Shown here in pieces: positions 7,386-14,055 of a stretch of DNA of 14,055 nucleotides (its first letter is position 1; each line of letters opens with the position of its first letter). Made by a program: the position numbers and the translations under genes. The DNA comes from an uncultured Polyangiaceae bacterium (lineage in GTDB: Bacteria; Myxococcota_A; Polyangia; Polyangiales; Polyangiaceae). The notes under the pieces were generated by a model that worked only from the letters and a program-made list of their open reading frames with translations, did no database searches and had not been told where the DNA came from. Location of the stretch: NCBI GenBank assembly GCA_964404725.1, contig CAYOLF010000060.1:17946-32000 (forward strand). The letters run 5' to 3'.

Positions 7386-8558
7386 ATGCTCCCCCGCTGG
7401 CTCGTTCAGACCCTCGCCGTGGCGAAGAAGGAGACCCTTCAGACGGTCGGCGATCGGCGCATGGTGGCGCTCTTGCTCATCGCGCCCGCGCTGCAGCTCG
7501 GGGTGCTGGGGGCGGCCGTCGACTTCGACGTCGATCGCGTGCCGACGGTGGTGGTCGATCACGACCGCACGGTGGAGAGCCGAGCCCACGTGCAGCACGT
7601 CCTCGCGGACGGGACGCTGCAGCAGGTGCTGGCGACGGACAGCGACGCCGAGGCGCTGCTCGCCATCGAGCAGGGGCGGGCGGCCACCGCGTTGTTCGTG
7701 CCCGCGGGGTTCGGCGAGCGGCTAGCGCGCGGGCAGCCGGCGGAGCTGCAGCTGGTGGCGGACGGCACCGATCCGAACCGGAGCTCGATCGCCACCGCCG
7801 CGGCGTCTCGCTACGCGCGGTTCGTCAGCCGCGGCATGGCGCTCGCGGCCAGGGACGCGGCCGGTCTCGGTCCCGATGGCGCCTCCGTCGCCGCGGCGGC
7901 GTCGCCGCGGCGCGGGGAGGTCGTGCTCGTCCCGCGCGTCCTCTACAACCCTCGCCTCCGCACGGCCGTCTTCATGGTGCCGGGGATCATGGCCCTCCTC
8001 CTGCTCGTGGTGACGGTCATCATCGCGGCCATGGGGCTCGCGCGCGAGCGGGAGACGGGCACCCTCGAGCAGATCCAGGTGACACCGATCGGCGCCACGC
8101 CGCTGCTCGTGGGCAAGCTCGTCCCCTACGTCGTGGCCGGGCTCTTCGACCTCGTGCTCGCGATCGTGGTCGGGGCCTTCGCCTTCGGGGTCCCCATCCG
8201 CGGCAACCTCGGCGTCGTCGCCCTCGGCACCACCGCCTACCTCGTCTCGAACCTCGGCATCGGGCTGATGATCTCCACCCTGAGCCGCAACCAGCAGCAG
8301 GCCTTCATCGGCGGCTTCTTGACCATGCTCCCGGCCCTGCTGCTCTCGGGCGTGATGACGCCGCTCTGGGGGATCCCAGATTGGCTCCGGCCGCTGACCT
8401 ACCTCAATCCGGTTCGCTACTACGCCGTGATCGTGCGCAGCGTCCTGCTCAAGGGCGCGACGCTCGGTGACCTCTGGTTCGAGCACCTGGCGCTGGCCGC
8501 TATCGGGCTCACCGTCCTCGCCATCGCGGCCTGGCGCTTTCGGCGGGGGCTGGCGTGA
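7386..8558 (+). CDS. ABC-2 type transporter permease, paralog of the preceding gene.
   Basis: ORF track 7386..8558(+) with an ATG start. The architecture matches 6187..7335: an N-terminal TM, a large extracytoplasmic domain and a C-terminal TM bundle (VFMVPGIMALLLLVVTVIIAAMG...). Confidence 0.92.
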   Translation: MLPRWLVQTLAVAKKETLQTVGDRRMVALLLIAPALQLGVLGAAVDFDVDRVPTVVVDHDRTVESRAHVQHVLADGTLQQVLATDSDAEALLAIEQGRAATALFVPAGFGERLARGQPAELQLVADGTDPNRSSIATAAASRYARFVSRGMALAARDAAGLGPDGASVAAAASPRRGEVVLVPRVLYNPRLRTAVFMVPGIMALLLLVVTVIIAAMGLARERETGTLEQIQVTPIGATPLLVGKLVPYVVAGLFDLVLAIVVGAFAFGVPIRGNLGVVALGTTAYLVSNLGIGLMISTLSRNQQQAFIGGFLTMLPALLLSGVMTPLWGIPDWLRPLTYLNPVRYYAVIVRSVLLKGATLGDLWFEHLALAAIGLTVLAIAAWRFRRGLA

Positions 8559-8578
8559 GGACGCTTCGAGGAGACTCC

Positions 8579-10162
8579 ATGGCAACGTCGCTCTACTCGG
8601 TTCGGTCGGTGGTGGTCCCGGCGCGCGCGGTGCGCTTCGTCCTTCCCCTGACGCTCCTCGCGTCCGCCGCGCTCGCGCAGCCAGCCCCCCCACCGCCGGC
8701 GGCCCCCGCCGGGGCCGCCGCGGGCGCTGCGCCCCCGGCGGCGGCTCCCCGGGCCTCCGTCACCGAGCCGAAGGACGCTGCGGCCGTGCTCGAGCGCGAG
8801 CTCGAGGACCTGGTGGGCCGCCCCGGCGGGCTGACCGCCGACACGGTCGCCCAGCGCGCCGTCGCCACCAGCCAGGACGTCGCGGCCGCCGAGGCGCGTC
8901 GCGGCGTCGCCGACGCCGACGTGGACGGCGCGCGGGTGCGGTATGCACCCCGGCTGACGCTCGGCGCCAGCTACCAGCGCCTGTCCCCGATCGACGAGCC
9001 CTCGCTGGGGACCCTGGTGGCCGCGCCCGGGGCCGAGGCCGGGCGCCCGCTCCCGGACGGCGCGCCGCTCGTGGCCGTGCCGATCCGCTTTCCCGCCGTG
9101 CTGGATCAGATCCAGCTGCGAGCCTCGCTCGTGGTCCCCTTGACCGACTACTTCCTCCGCTTCCCGCAGGCCTTCTCGGCGGCCAAGCAGGGGCGCGCCG
9201 CGGCCGACCAAGAAGCCGTGGCGCGACGGGCGCGCGCGGACGCGGAGGCTCGGCTGGCCTACTACGCCTGGGTGCGGGCCGAGCTCCAGCGCGTGGCCAT
9301 GCGCGAGGCGCGCGCCCGCACGGCCCAACACCTGCACGACGTCGACCGCGCCGTGGCGGCCGGCCTCGCCACCAGCGCGGATCTGCGCGCGGTGGAGGCG
9401 CAGGAGGCCCAGGCCGAGCTCGTCGAGCTCCGCGCCGCCGACACGGCGAGCATCGCGGCCGAACAGCTCGCCACGCTGCAGCACCTGCCCCCCGGGACCG
9501 CGTTCACCATCGGTGAGGACGTGCTCGCCGCGCCCATGCTGCCGCGTGTCCCCAGCGTGGAGGAGGCCTGGGCCGAGGCCGAGCGCTCGCGGGCCGAGCT
9601 CCGCGCGCTCGCGGCGTCGAGCGTTCAGCTCCGCGAGCAGGACGCCGCGCTGCGCGCCCAGCAGCTGCCCCGGGTTGACGCCATCGGTGAGGCCCTGCTC
9701 GCCCAGCCGAACCCCCGCTACTTCCCCGCCGCCGAGGAATTTCACGCCACCTGGGCGGTCGGCGTCCAGGCGACCTGGACCGTGAACGACGCGCCGGGCA
9801 CGGCCGCAAGCCGCCGCGCGGTTTCGGCGCAGGTGCGCGCGATCGAGGCGCAGCAGGGCGCCGTCCGCGACGGGCTGCGCACGGAGGTGGTAGCGGCGAT
9901 CCGTGGCGTGGAGCAGGCGGAGCGCGCGATCGGCGTGGCGGAGCGAGGGCACCGCGCCGCCACGGCCGCCTACGGCGTGCGCCGCAGCCAGTACCTGGCC
10001 GGGCGCGCGACCTCGGTGGAGCTCACCGACGCGGAGACGGAGCTCACCCGCGCCCGGATCGAGCTCATCGACACGCTGGTCGGGGCCCGCATCGCCGTGG
10101 TGCGGCTCGAACATGCCCTCGGCCGCGACGTCCGGCGGGTGGAGGCGCAGGCCCAGCGATGA
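8579..10162 (+). CDS. TolC-like outer-membrane efflux protein (OEP family).
   Basis: Same frame as ORF track 8555..10162(+). The ATG at 8579 is preceded by GAGGAG (8568-8573) with a 5-nt spacer. The signal peptide is ...LPLTLLASAALA/QP, followed by a Pro/Ala linker. The rest has OEP-like repeats (LTADTVAQRAVATSQDVAAAEARRGVADADVDGARVRYAPRLTLGASYQR; second half ...AERSRAELRALAASS...). The alternative GTG at 8555 would overlap the permease stop as GTGA. Confidence 0.88.
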   Translation: MATSLYSVRSVVVPARAVRFVLPLTLLASAALAQPAPPPPAAPAGAAAGAAPPAAAPRASVTEPKDAAAVLERELEDLVGRPGGLTADTVAQRAVATSQDVAAAEARRGVADADVDGARVRYAPRLTLGASYQRLSPIDEPSLGTLVAAPGAEAGRPLPDGAPLVAVPIRFPAVLDQIQLRASLVVPLTDYFLRFPQAFSAAKQGRAAADQEAVARRARADAEARLAYYAWVRAELQRVAMREARARTAQHLHDVDRAVAAGLATSADLRAVEAQEAQAELVELRAADTASIAAEQLATLQHLPPGTAFTIGEDVLAAPMLPRVPSVEEAWAEAERSRAELRALAASSVQLREQDAALRAQQLPRVDAIGEALLAQPNPRYFPAAEEFHATWAVGVQATWTVNDAPGTAASRRAVSAQVRAIEAQQGAVRDGLRTEVVAAIRGVEQAERAIGVAERGHRAATAAYGVRRSQYLAGRATSVELTDAETELTRARIELIDTLVGARIAVVRLEHALGRDVRRVEAQAQR

Positions 10163-10502
10163 CCGGGGGGCCGCTCTGCCCGCCTTCCGCCCCCCCGGCC
10201 GCCCCCGTTGGCGCGCCTCCGGTGTCGGCGCCGGTGCCCTCGCTGGCGCCGCTGGTGGTCGGAGTCCCACCCTCGGGCGAGGACGCACGCCTGTCGGCGA
10301 GACGCACCCGGTTGGCACGGAGCCGATCGAGCTGCTCCTCGCCGAAATCGGCGTGGGGCGCATCGTCCCCACGACGCGCCCGATCGAGCCCGGCCTCCGC
10401 GCCCCCGCGGAGCCTCTCGCGATTGTCCTCTTTCCGGGGTGAACTTGGACTCTGCGGCGGATATCGCCAGTTGTCCGTGCCGCCCGCGCGGAACACGATC
10501 CC

Positions 10503-10982
10503 ATGCAAGGCGCCGCGATGCTCGACGAGGACGCCACCCCGCAGGTTCCGATCAGTCGCCGCTACCTCCGCGGAGCAGCGCCGCACGTGATCTGCAAGCG
10601 CGGCTCCCAGGCGGATCTGCTCATCTGTGTCGTGAGGGGCAAGGTGTCCTTCGACGCCTTCGTCGAGGCGCTGGAGGAGGCGCTCGATCTGGGGCTCAGT
10701 GAGCTCGCCTTCTGGAACGTCATGGACGGCGATCTGAGCGGGCTGTCGCCGTCGAACCTGCGCGATCTCGCCGCCCACGTGTTCGCCGGTCCGTGGGCGC
10801 CGAGCCGGCTCGCGATCCTCGCCAAGTCCATCCCGTCCCTGGCGGCGGCCGGCGCGCTCGAGATGTTCGCGGGCGAGCACGGGGCGCAGGACCGCGTGAT
10901 GGTCTTCGACGATCGGGACTCCGCGCTGGACTGGCTCGGGATCAACGAGCCGCCGACCGCCCCCGGAGTCCCGCGGTTCTGA
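10503..10982 (+). CDS. Hypothetical protein with a possible STAS/SpoIIAA-like fold.
   Basis: ORF track 10503..10982(+). GC3 is high and the composition is protein-like. The pattern ...LICVVRGKVSFDAFVEALEEAL...FWNVMDGDLSGLSP...RLAILAKS...VFDDRDSALDWLG resembles SpoIIAA-like/STAS-type small domains, judged by eye only. The start could instead be the ATG at 10518. Confidence 0.6.
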   Translation: MQGAAMLDEDATPQVPISRRYLRGAAPHVICKRGSQADLLICVVRGKVSFDAFVEALEEALDLGLSELAFWNVMDGDLSGLSPSNLRDLAAHVFAGPWAPSRLAILAKSIPSLAAAGALEMFAGEHGAQDRVMVFDDRDSALDWLGINEPPTAPGVPRF

Positions 10983-11137
10983 GCGCCGCCGAGGCTCCAA
11001 GGGCGACACCACTCCAGGTTCGTGGACGATTCTTGCCTGGTGGCCCCATCGTCCGGCATCGGTTGGACCCACCGGCAACCTAGCGACTGGCTCGACGCCT
11101 GGGCTCGGCGCTAGACTCCCCTCATCGGAGGGTTGCC

Positions 11138-12856
11138 ATGAGCCGGACCAATCTGTGCGTCACATCCATCGCCCTGCTCCTCGCCGCTTGCGGCGGGCGC
11201 GCGTTGTCCAGCGACGAGGACTTCACTGATGAGACGACGGGCGGCGGCGGGGCGTCCACGGGCATCGAGCCCACGGAGGGTGGGGCAGGGGGGAGGACGG
11301 ATCCGGTGGGCGAGGCCGGCCGCGAGGGTGAGGATCCGTTCAACGAAGGGGGAGAGGGGGGCGAGACGGGAGGGCGCGGTGTCGGCGGGCGGCCAGCGAC
11401 CGGCGGGGTTTCGGTCGGTGGCGTGTCCGGCGGTGGCGCCTCGGTCGGTGGCAGCGGCGCTTCGGTTGGTGGCGAGGTGCCAGTGGCCGGTGGATCCAGC
11501 GGCGGCCTCGCGGGCGGGGGCACCGCTTCCGGTGGCGTCTCTCCCACGGGCGGTACGGCGGGGGCTATCGCCACGGGCGGGACCGCGGGGGCTATCGCCA
11601 CGGGCGGGACCGCGGGGACTGTCGGCGGCACGGGCGGACGACCCATCTACATCGGTGGTGCGCCCGTCGGCGGATCGATCGTGGGCGGCGGGGGCGCGGT
11701 CGGCGGCGAGGCGCCCGAGCCCGAGAACTGCGAGGTGCAGTACGAGAACGGATCGCCGTCGGAGGGCTACTGCGAGATCAATCTCGCGTGCGACAACGAC
11801 TACGTCTACACCTACTGTTGGGAGGAGGGCGCGGGAAGTTGGTACTGCGACTGCGGCACCAACTACTTCTACCAGTCCTATCAGACGACGGGGGGCACCG
11901 AGGCGCCCTGCAGCGCCGTCGCCGAGATCTGCATCGACGCGGATTCTCCCGCGTTCACGGCGCCCGAGGTGTGCACTCCGTCCTACGCGTCGGCGGGCAG
12001 CGGCTACTGCGAGGTGCAGCAGGATTGCTCCCGCACGGCCGAGCTCGGCGACGGCATCTCCGCGGTCGAGCGGCGCAGCGAGTACACCTACTGCTACGAC
12101 TACGGCGAGGGCTACCTGCGCTGCGACTGCAGCGCCGATGGCGCCTATGCAAGCTACGCGATCGACGGTGACCCGAGCGTCGATCAGTGCCGGCGGGTCC
12201 TCGATCTGTGCGGGACCCCGGCGCCCGAGGGCGAGGGGACGATCACCTGCGATCCCGCCTACGACTACTGGGGCAGCGACTACTGCCAGGCGGAGCAGAA
12301 TTGCACGGCGCGGATCCCGGTCAGCGACGGCGTGGACGTCGTGTACTCGAACTACGAGAATGCGTACTGTCAGTCCGCCGCGGACGGCACCATCAACTGC
12401 TCGTGCTCGAGCATTGAGAGGTCGCTGCGCTTCGACATCGAGGGCGACACGGAGGACAGCGCGGTGTGCTGGACTTCCCTCGAGGTGTGCCGCGATCCGG
12501 CTCCGCTCGAGCTCTCGGGGTCCCCCACCTGCACGCGATCGTACCAGTCCGCGTACTCGGGCGCTTGCGACGCGCAGATCACCTGCTCGCAGCCCGCCTC
12601 GGTGGGGGAGCTCGACCTCATCGCCTACGGCGACGTGCACACGTATTGCACGGCCGACGGCGCCGACGGGCTCTTCACGTGCCAGTGCTCCTCCGGGCAG
12701 GTGACGGTCGCGTTCGAGGTCGAGGGCGCGGACGAGTGGGAGGTCTGCTCCCTGGCCGTCGGGCGCTGCCCGGACCTGGTGGAGGTCCAGTACGAAGGGA
12801 CCAGCTACGGCTACGGCGGCGGCTTCGGCGGTATCGGGCCCGTCCCCGTGGACTGA
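11138..12856 (+). CDS. Secreted lipoprotein with a lipobox, a Gly-rich linker of about 160 aa, four tandem 8-Cys modules and a Gly/Tyr tail.
   Basis: ORF track 11138..12856(+). GGAGG (11127-11131) lies 6 nt before the ATG. The signal peptide is MSRTNLCVTSIALLLAAC, with lipobox L-A-A-C at Cys18. Residues 34-190 are Gly-rich. Residues 198-544 contain 32 Cys in four equal sets. The overlapping ORFs 11111..12640(-) and 11229..12704(+) are Arg/Ala/Pro-rich shadows. Confidence 0.9.
   Translation: MSRTNLCVTSIALLLAACGGRALSSDEDFTDETTGGGGASTGIEPTEGGAGGRTDPVGEAGREGEDPFNEGGEGGETGGRGVGGRPATGGVSVGGVSGGGASVGGSGASVGGEVPVAGGSSGGLAGGGTASGGVSPTGGTAGAIATGGTAGAIATGGTAGTVGGTGGRPIYIGGAPVGGSIVGGGGAVGGEAPEPENCEVQYENGSPSEGYCEINLACDNDYVYTYCWEEGAGSWYCDCGTNYFYQSYQTTGGTEAPCSAVAEICIDADSPAFTAPEVCTPSYASAGSGYCEVQQDCSRTAELGDGISAVERRSEYTYCYDYGEGYLRCDCSADGAYASYAIDGDPSVDQCRRVLDLCGTPAPEGEGTITCDPAYDYWGSDYCQAEQNCTARIPVSDGVDVVYSNYENAYCQSAADGTINCSCSSIERSLRFDIEGDTEDSAVCWTSLEVCRDPAPLELSGSPTCTRSYQSAYSGACDAQITCSQPASVGELDLIAYGDVHTYCTADGADGLFTCQCSSGQVTVAFEVEGADEWEVCSLAVGRCPDLVEVQYEGTSYGYGGGFGGIGPVPVD
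11546..11626 (+). repeat. Tandem repeat of 3 x 27 bp encoding TGGTAGAIA / TGGTAGAIA / TGGTAGTVG within the lipoprotein linker.
   Basis: Copy 1 is acgggcggtacggcgggggctatcgcc, copy 2 acgggcgggaccgcgggggctatcgcc and copy 3 acgggcgggaccgcggggactgtcggc. Copies 1 and 2 differ at two synonymous positions. Copy 3 differs from copy 2 at three positions. Confidence 0.9.
11729..12769 (+). repeat. Four tandem protein-level repeats (81-94 codons each) of an 8-cysteine module.
   Basis: The Cys residues fall at 198/212/218/227/237/239/258/265, 279/291/297/319/329/331/351/358, 371/383/389/411/421/423/444/451 and 465/477/483/504/515/517/537/544. Spacing is nearly constant: 12-14, 6, 21-22 (9 in module 1), 10-11, 2, 19-21, 7. 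Recurrent motifs are YC-x5-C, (Y/H/A)-x-YC and C-x-C. Similarity at the DNA level is low, so the duplication is old. Confidence 0.85.
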
Positions 12857-12889
12857 CTCCCGGGTTCACCGCCCCCGGGGAGAAATACC

Positions 12890-12909
12890 CTCCCGCTCGG
12901 CGGCGGGAG
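12890..12909 (+). terminator. Candidate stem-loop downstream of the lipoprotein gene, without a U-tract.
   Basis: ctcccgc (12890-12896), loop tcggcg, then gcgggag (12903-12909). It lies about 35 nt after the stop at 12854-12856. No T-run follows, so intrinsic-terminator function is unproven. Confidence 0.25.
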
Positions 12910-13179
12910 CTCGGAGCCCACGGCACGGCGCCGCGCCCGCGATCCCGCGCACGGTGGGCGCTGGGGCGAGCGTCTGTCGGCGAAGGGTCGCCCGTGATAG
13001 GCTCGGCCCCAGGTGGTTCTCGTCCCCGCAGACTCCCTGCGTCCCGCGGTGCCGTGCTCGGCGTCCCCAGGCGGGGCGCAGCGCGGGTGCTCACGGCCGG
13101 GCGTGCGCCCCGTCTCCCCCCGCCGCCTCTCGGTGCCTCGCGCGCTGGCCGCGCGGGGGCGTGAGCGCGAGGCCGGACC

Positions 13180-14055
13180 ATGAACCTCACCTGCCCGCGA
13201 TGCGCCGCCCGCTACGCCGTCGCTGACGACAAGCTGCGCGGGCGCCTCGCGAGGCTGCGCTGCAAGAAGTGCCAGGCCTCGCTTCGCGTGTTCTGGGACG
13301 GTGAGTCCCTGCGGGTTTCCGTCGAGGAGTCGGCGGGCGCGGGAGACGTCGCGCTCGGGCGCCGCGCCTCGCCGGAGGCCGCGAACGCGGCGTCGCGAGC
13401 CAGTCAGGGCCCGGCCCCCGCGAGCGAGCCGGGAACGAAGCGCGTCCTCGTCTTCGAGACGGACCAGGCCCTCGCGCAGGAGCTCACCAGCGGCTTCGCC
13501 CGCATTCACGGCGTCACTACCATCGTCGACGACCTGAAGCGCGGCCTCGACGAGGCCGCACGCCGCCGGCCCGATCTCATCCTCGTCTCGGCGGAGTTCC
13601 CCCGGATCAACGGCTACGCCATCTGCAACAAGCTCAAGCGCGACCCCGCGCTGAAGGACGTCCCGCTCGTGATCATGAGCGCCGAGGCCACGGACGAGAC
13701 CTTCGAGAAGCACGGGAGGCTTGCCACCTCGGCGGAGGCCTACGTCAAGAAGCCCTTCACCTTCGAGGCGCTGCTCTTGCGCGTCGGCGCCTCGTTCGAC
13801 TCGACCCCGCCCGAAGCGGAGACGGCGGAGGTCGAGGCCGCGCCACCGGCGAGCCTGGTCGACCCCGAGGTGGGACCGAGCACGTGGCGCGTGACCTGCT
13901 CGGGCTGCCTGGCGACGTTCCAGGTCGATCCGCGCCGCATCCCCCCCGAGGGGCGGCAGCTCCGCTGCCCGAAATGCGGCGCGTCCTTCCCCGTGTCCGC
14001 TCCGGGGCGCCCCTCCCCGCTGTTCGTCTCGTACCGACGTGACGACGCCGTGTGG
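13180..14055 (+). CDS. MJ0042-type zinc ribbon, receiver-like domain lacking the phospho-acceptor Asp, then a second zinc ribbon. The gene continues past the window edge.
   Basis: The frame is open for 292 codons from the ATG at 13180 to the window end. It is absent from the ORF track because no stop lies in the window. ZnR1 is MNLTCPRCAARYAVADDKLRGRLARLRCKKCQASLRV. The REC-like part is KRVLVFETDQ...RPDLILVSAEFPRINGY...PLVIMSAEA...AYVKKPF. ZnR2 is VTCSGCLATFQVDPRRIPPEGRQLRCPKCGASFPV. GC3 is high throughout. ORF 12811..13713(-) is its shadow. Confidence 0.88.
   Translation, partial: MNLTCPRCAARYAVADDKLRGRLARLRCKKCQASLRVFWDGESLRVSVEESAGAGDVALGRRASPEAANAASRASQGPAPASEPGTKRVLVFETDQALAQELTSGFARIHGVTTIVDDLKRGLDEAARRRPDLILVSAEFPRINGYAICNKLKRDPALKDVPLVIMSAEATDETFEKHGRLATSAEAYVKKPFTFEALLLRVGASFDSTPPEAETAEVEAAPPASLVDPEVGPSTWRVTCSGCLATFQVDPRRIPPEGRQLRCPKCGASFPVSAPGRPSPLFVSYRRDDAVW

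Noticed and set aside
10313-10328. A perfect sigma54 -24 half-site, TGGCACG.
   Set aside because: The -12 position reads cgat instead of TTGC, with no GC dinucleotide 12 nt downstream of the GG. No suitably placed downstream start codon exists either.
8420-10537. The 705-aa minus-strand ORF. Similar long ORFs are 7722..8693(-), 8467..9516(+), 5830..7356(-), 5129..6046(-), 4161..5132(-), 3066..4085(+) and 12811..13713(-).
   Set aside because: These are typical high-GC shadow ORFs overlapping confidently assigned genes. They have Arg/Gly/Pro-dominated low-complexity translations and no domain signatures.
10159-10590. An ATGA-coupled 143-aa ORF immediately after the TolC-like gene, as a possible seventh operon member.
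   Set aside because: The translation is Pro/Ser/Arg low complexity. GC3 decays after about 47 codons, and the ORF would overlap the better-supported 10503..10982 CDS by 88 nt. I kept it only as part of the unresolved-gap finding.
11010-11030. A GGTTCGTGG motif resembling a tRNA T-loop, in the lower-GC spacer before the lipoprotein gene.
   Set aside because: The flanking bases cannot form a T-stem (ctcca versus ggacg), and no acceptor or anticodon arms can be drawn. It is not a tRNA.
11111-12704. ORFs 11111..12640(-) (509 aa) and 11229..12704(+) (491 aa), which overlap the lipoprotein gene.
   Set aside because: Both are Arg/Ala/Pro/Ser-rich off-frame products. The 11138 frame has an SD, a lipobox signal peptide and the periodic Cys pattern.
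12857-12880. A cccggg...cccggg hairpin directly after the lipoprotein stop codon.
   Set aside because: It has only a 6-bp stem built from a self-palindromic hexamer, with a 9-nt loop. It is too weak to call separately from the slightly better stem at 12890-12909.
13069-13115. A 9-12 bp GC-rich inverted repeat, cggggcgca...tgcgccccg, with a 23-nt loop in the 323-bp intergenic region.
   Set aside because: A repeat of this length has an appreciable chance of occurring in a GC-rich spacer of this size. No U-tract or partner motif supports a terminator or operator call.
13146-13160. A sigma54-like element, TGGCCG-N5-GGGC, upstream of the zinc-ribbon/receiver gene.
   Set aside because: Only the GG/GC dinucleotides match, which is expected by chance at this GC content. 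The implied transcription start would leave a leader of under 10 nt before the ATG at 13180.
1-14055. A search for CRISPR arrays, transposase or integrase genes, IS-type terminal inverted repeats, phage genes and compositional islands.
   Set aside because: None were seen. GC content and codon bias look uniform apart from short intergenic dips. The only tandem DNA repeat is the in-frame 27-bp triplet.

Overview
This is a very GC-rich window (roughly 70% or more by eye, with strong third-codon-position GC bias). The gene content looks like a Myxococcota chromosome: NtrC-type activators, MJ0042-type zinc ribbons and Gly-rich lipoproteins. That taxonomic call is inference only. Most long ORFs in the six-frame track are antisense or off-frame shadows of the real genes.

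Layout, left to right:
(1) On the minus strand, a histidine kinase is followed by a sigma54-dependent NtrC-family response regulator. The two genes overlap by GTGA, and the regulator's 3' end runs off the left edge.
(2) Divergent from that pair sits a near-consensus sigma54 -24/-12 promoter, followed by a six-gene tripartite efflux operon. Its order is a YbhG/HlyD-like membrane-fusion protein, two separate ABC ATPases, two ABC-2 permeases and a TolC-like outer-membrane factor. Most junctions are 4-nt ATGA/GTGA overlaps.
(3) An unresolved gap of about 340 nt, then a small STAS/SpoIIAA-like hypothetical.
(4) A 572-aa lysine-free, very acidic lipoprotein. It has a Gly-rich linker containing a 3 x 27-bp tandem repeat, followed by four tandem 8-cysteine modules that I cannot assign to a known domain.
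(5) A partial gene encoding zinc ribbon, an Asp-less (pseudo)receiver and a second zinc ribbon. Its last residues in the window (LFVSYRRDD) look like the start of a TIR domain.

I found no tRNA, rRNA, CRISPR array, transposase, integrase or obvious horizontally acquired island. The items most worth follow-up are the Cys-repeat lipoprotein, the possible ZnR-pseudoREC-ZnR-TIR protein, and the sigma54-controlled efflux module with asymmetric ATPase sites and a kinase that has no sensor domain.
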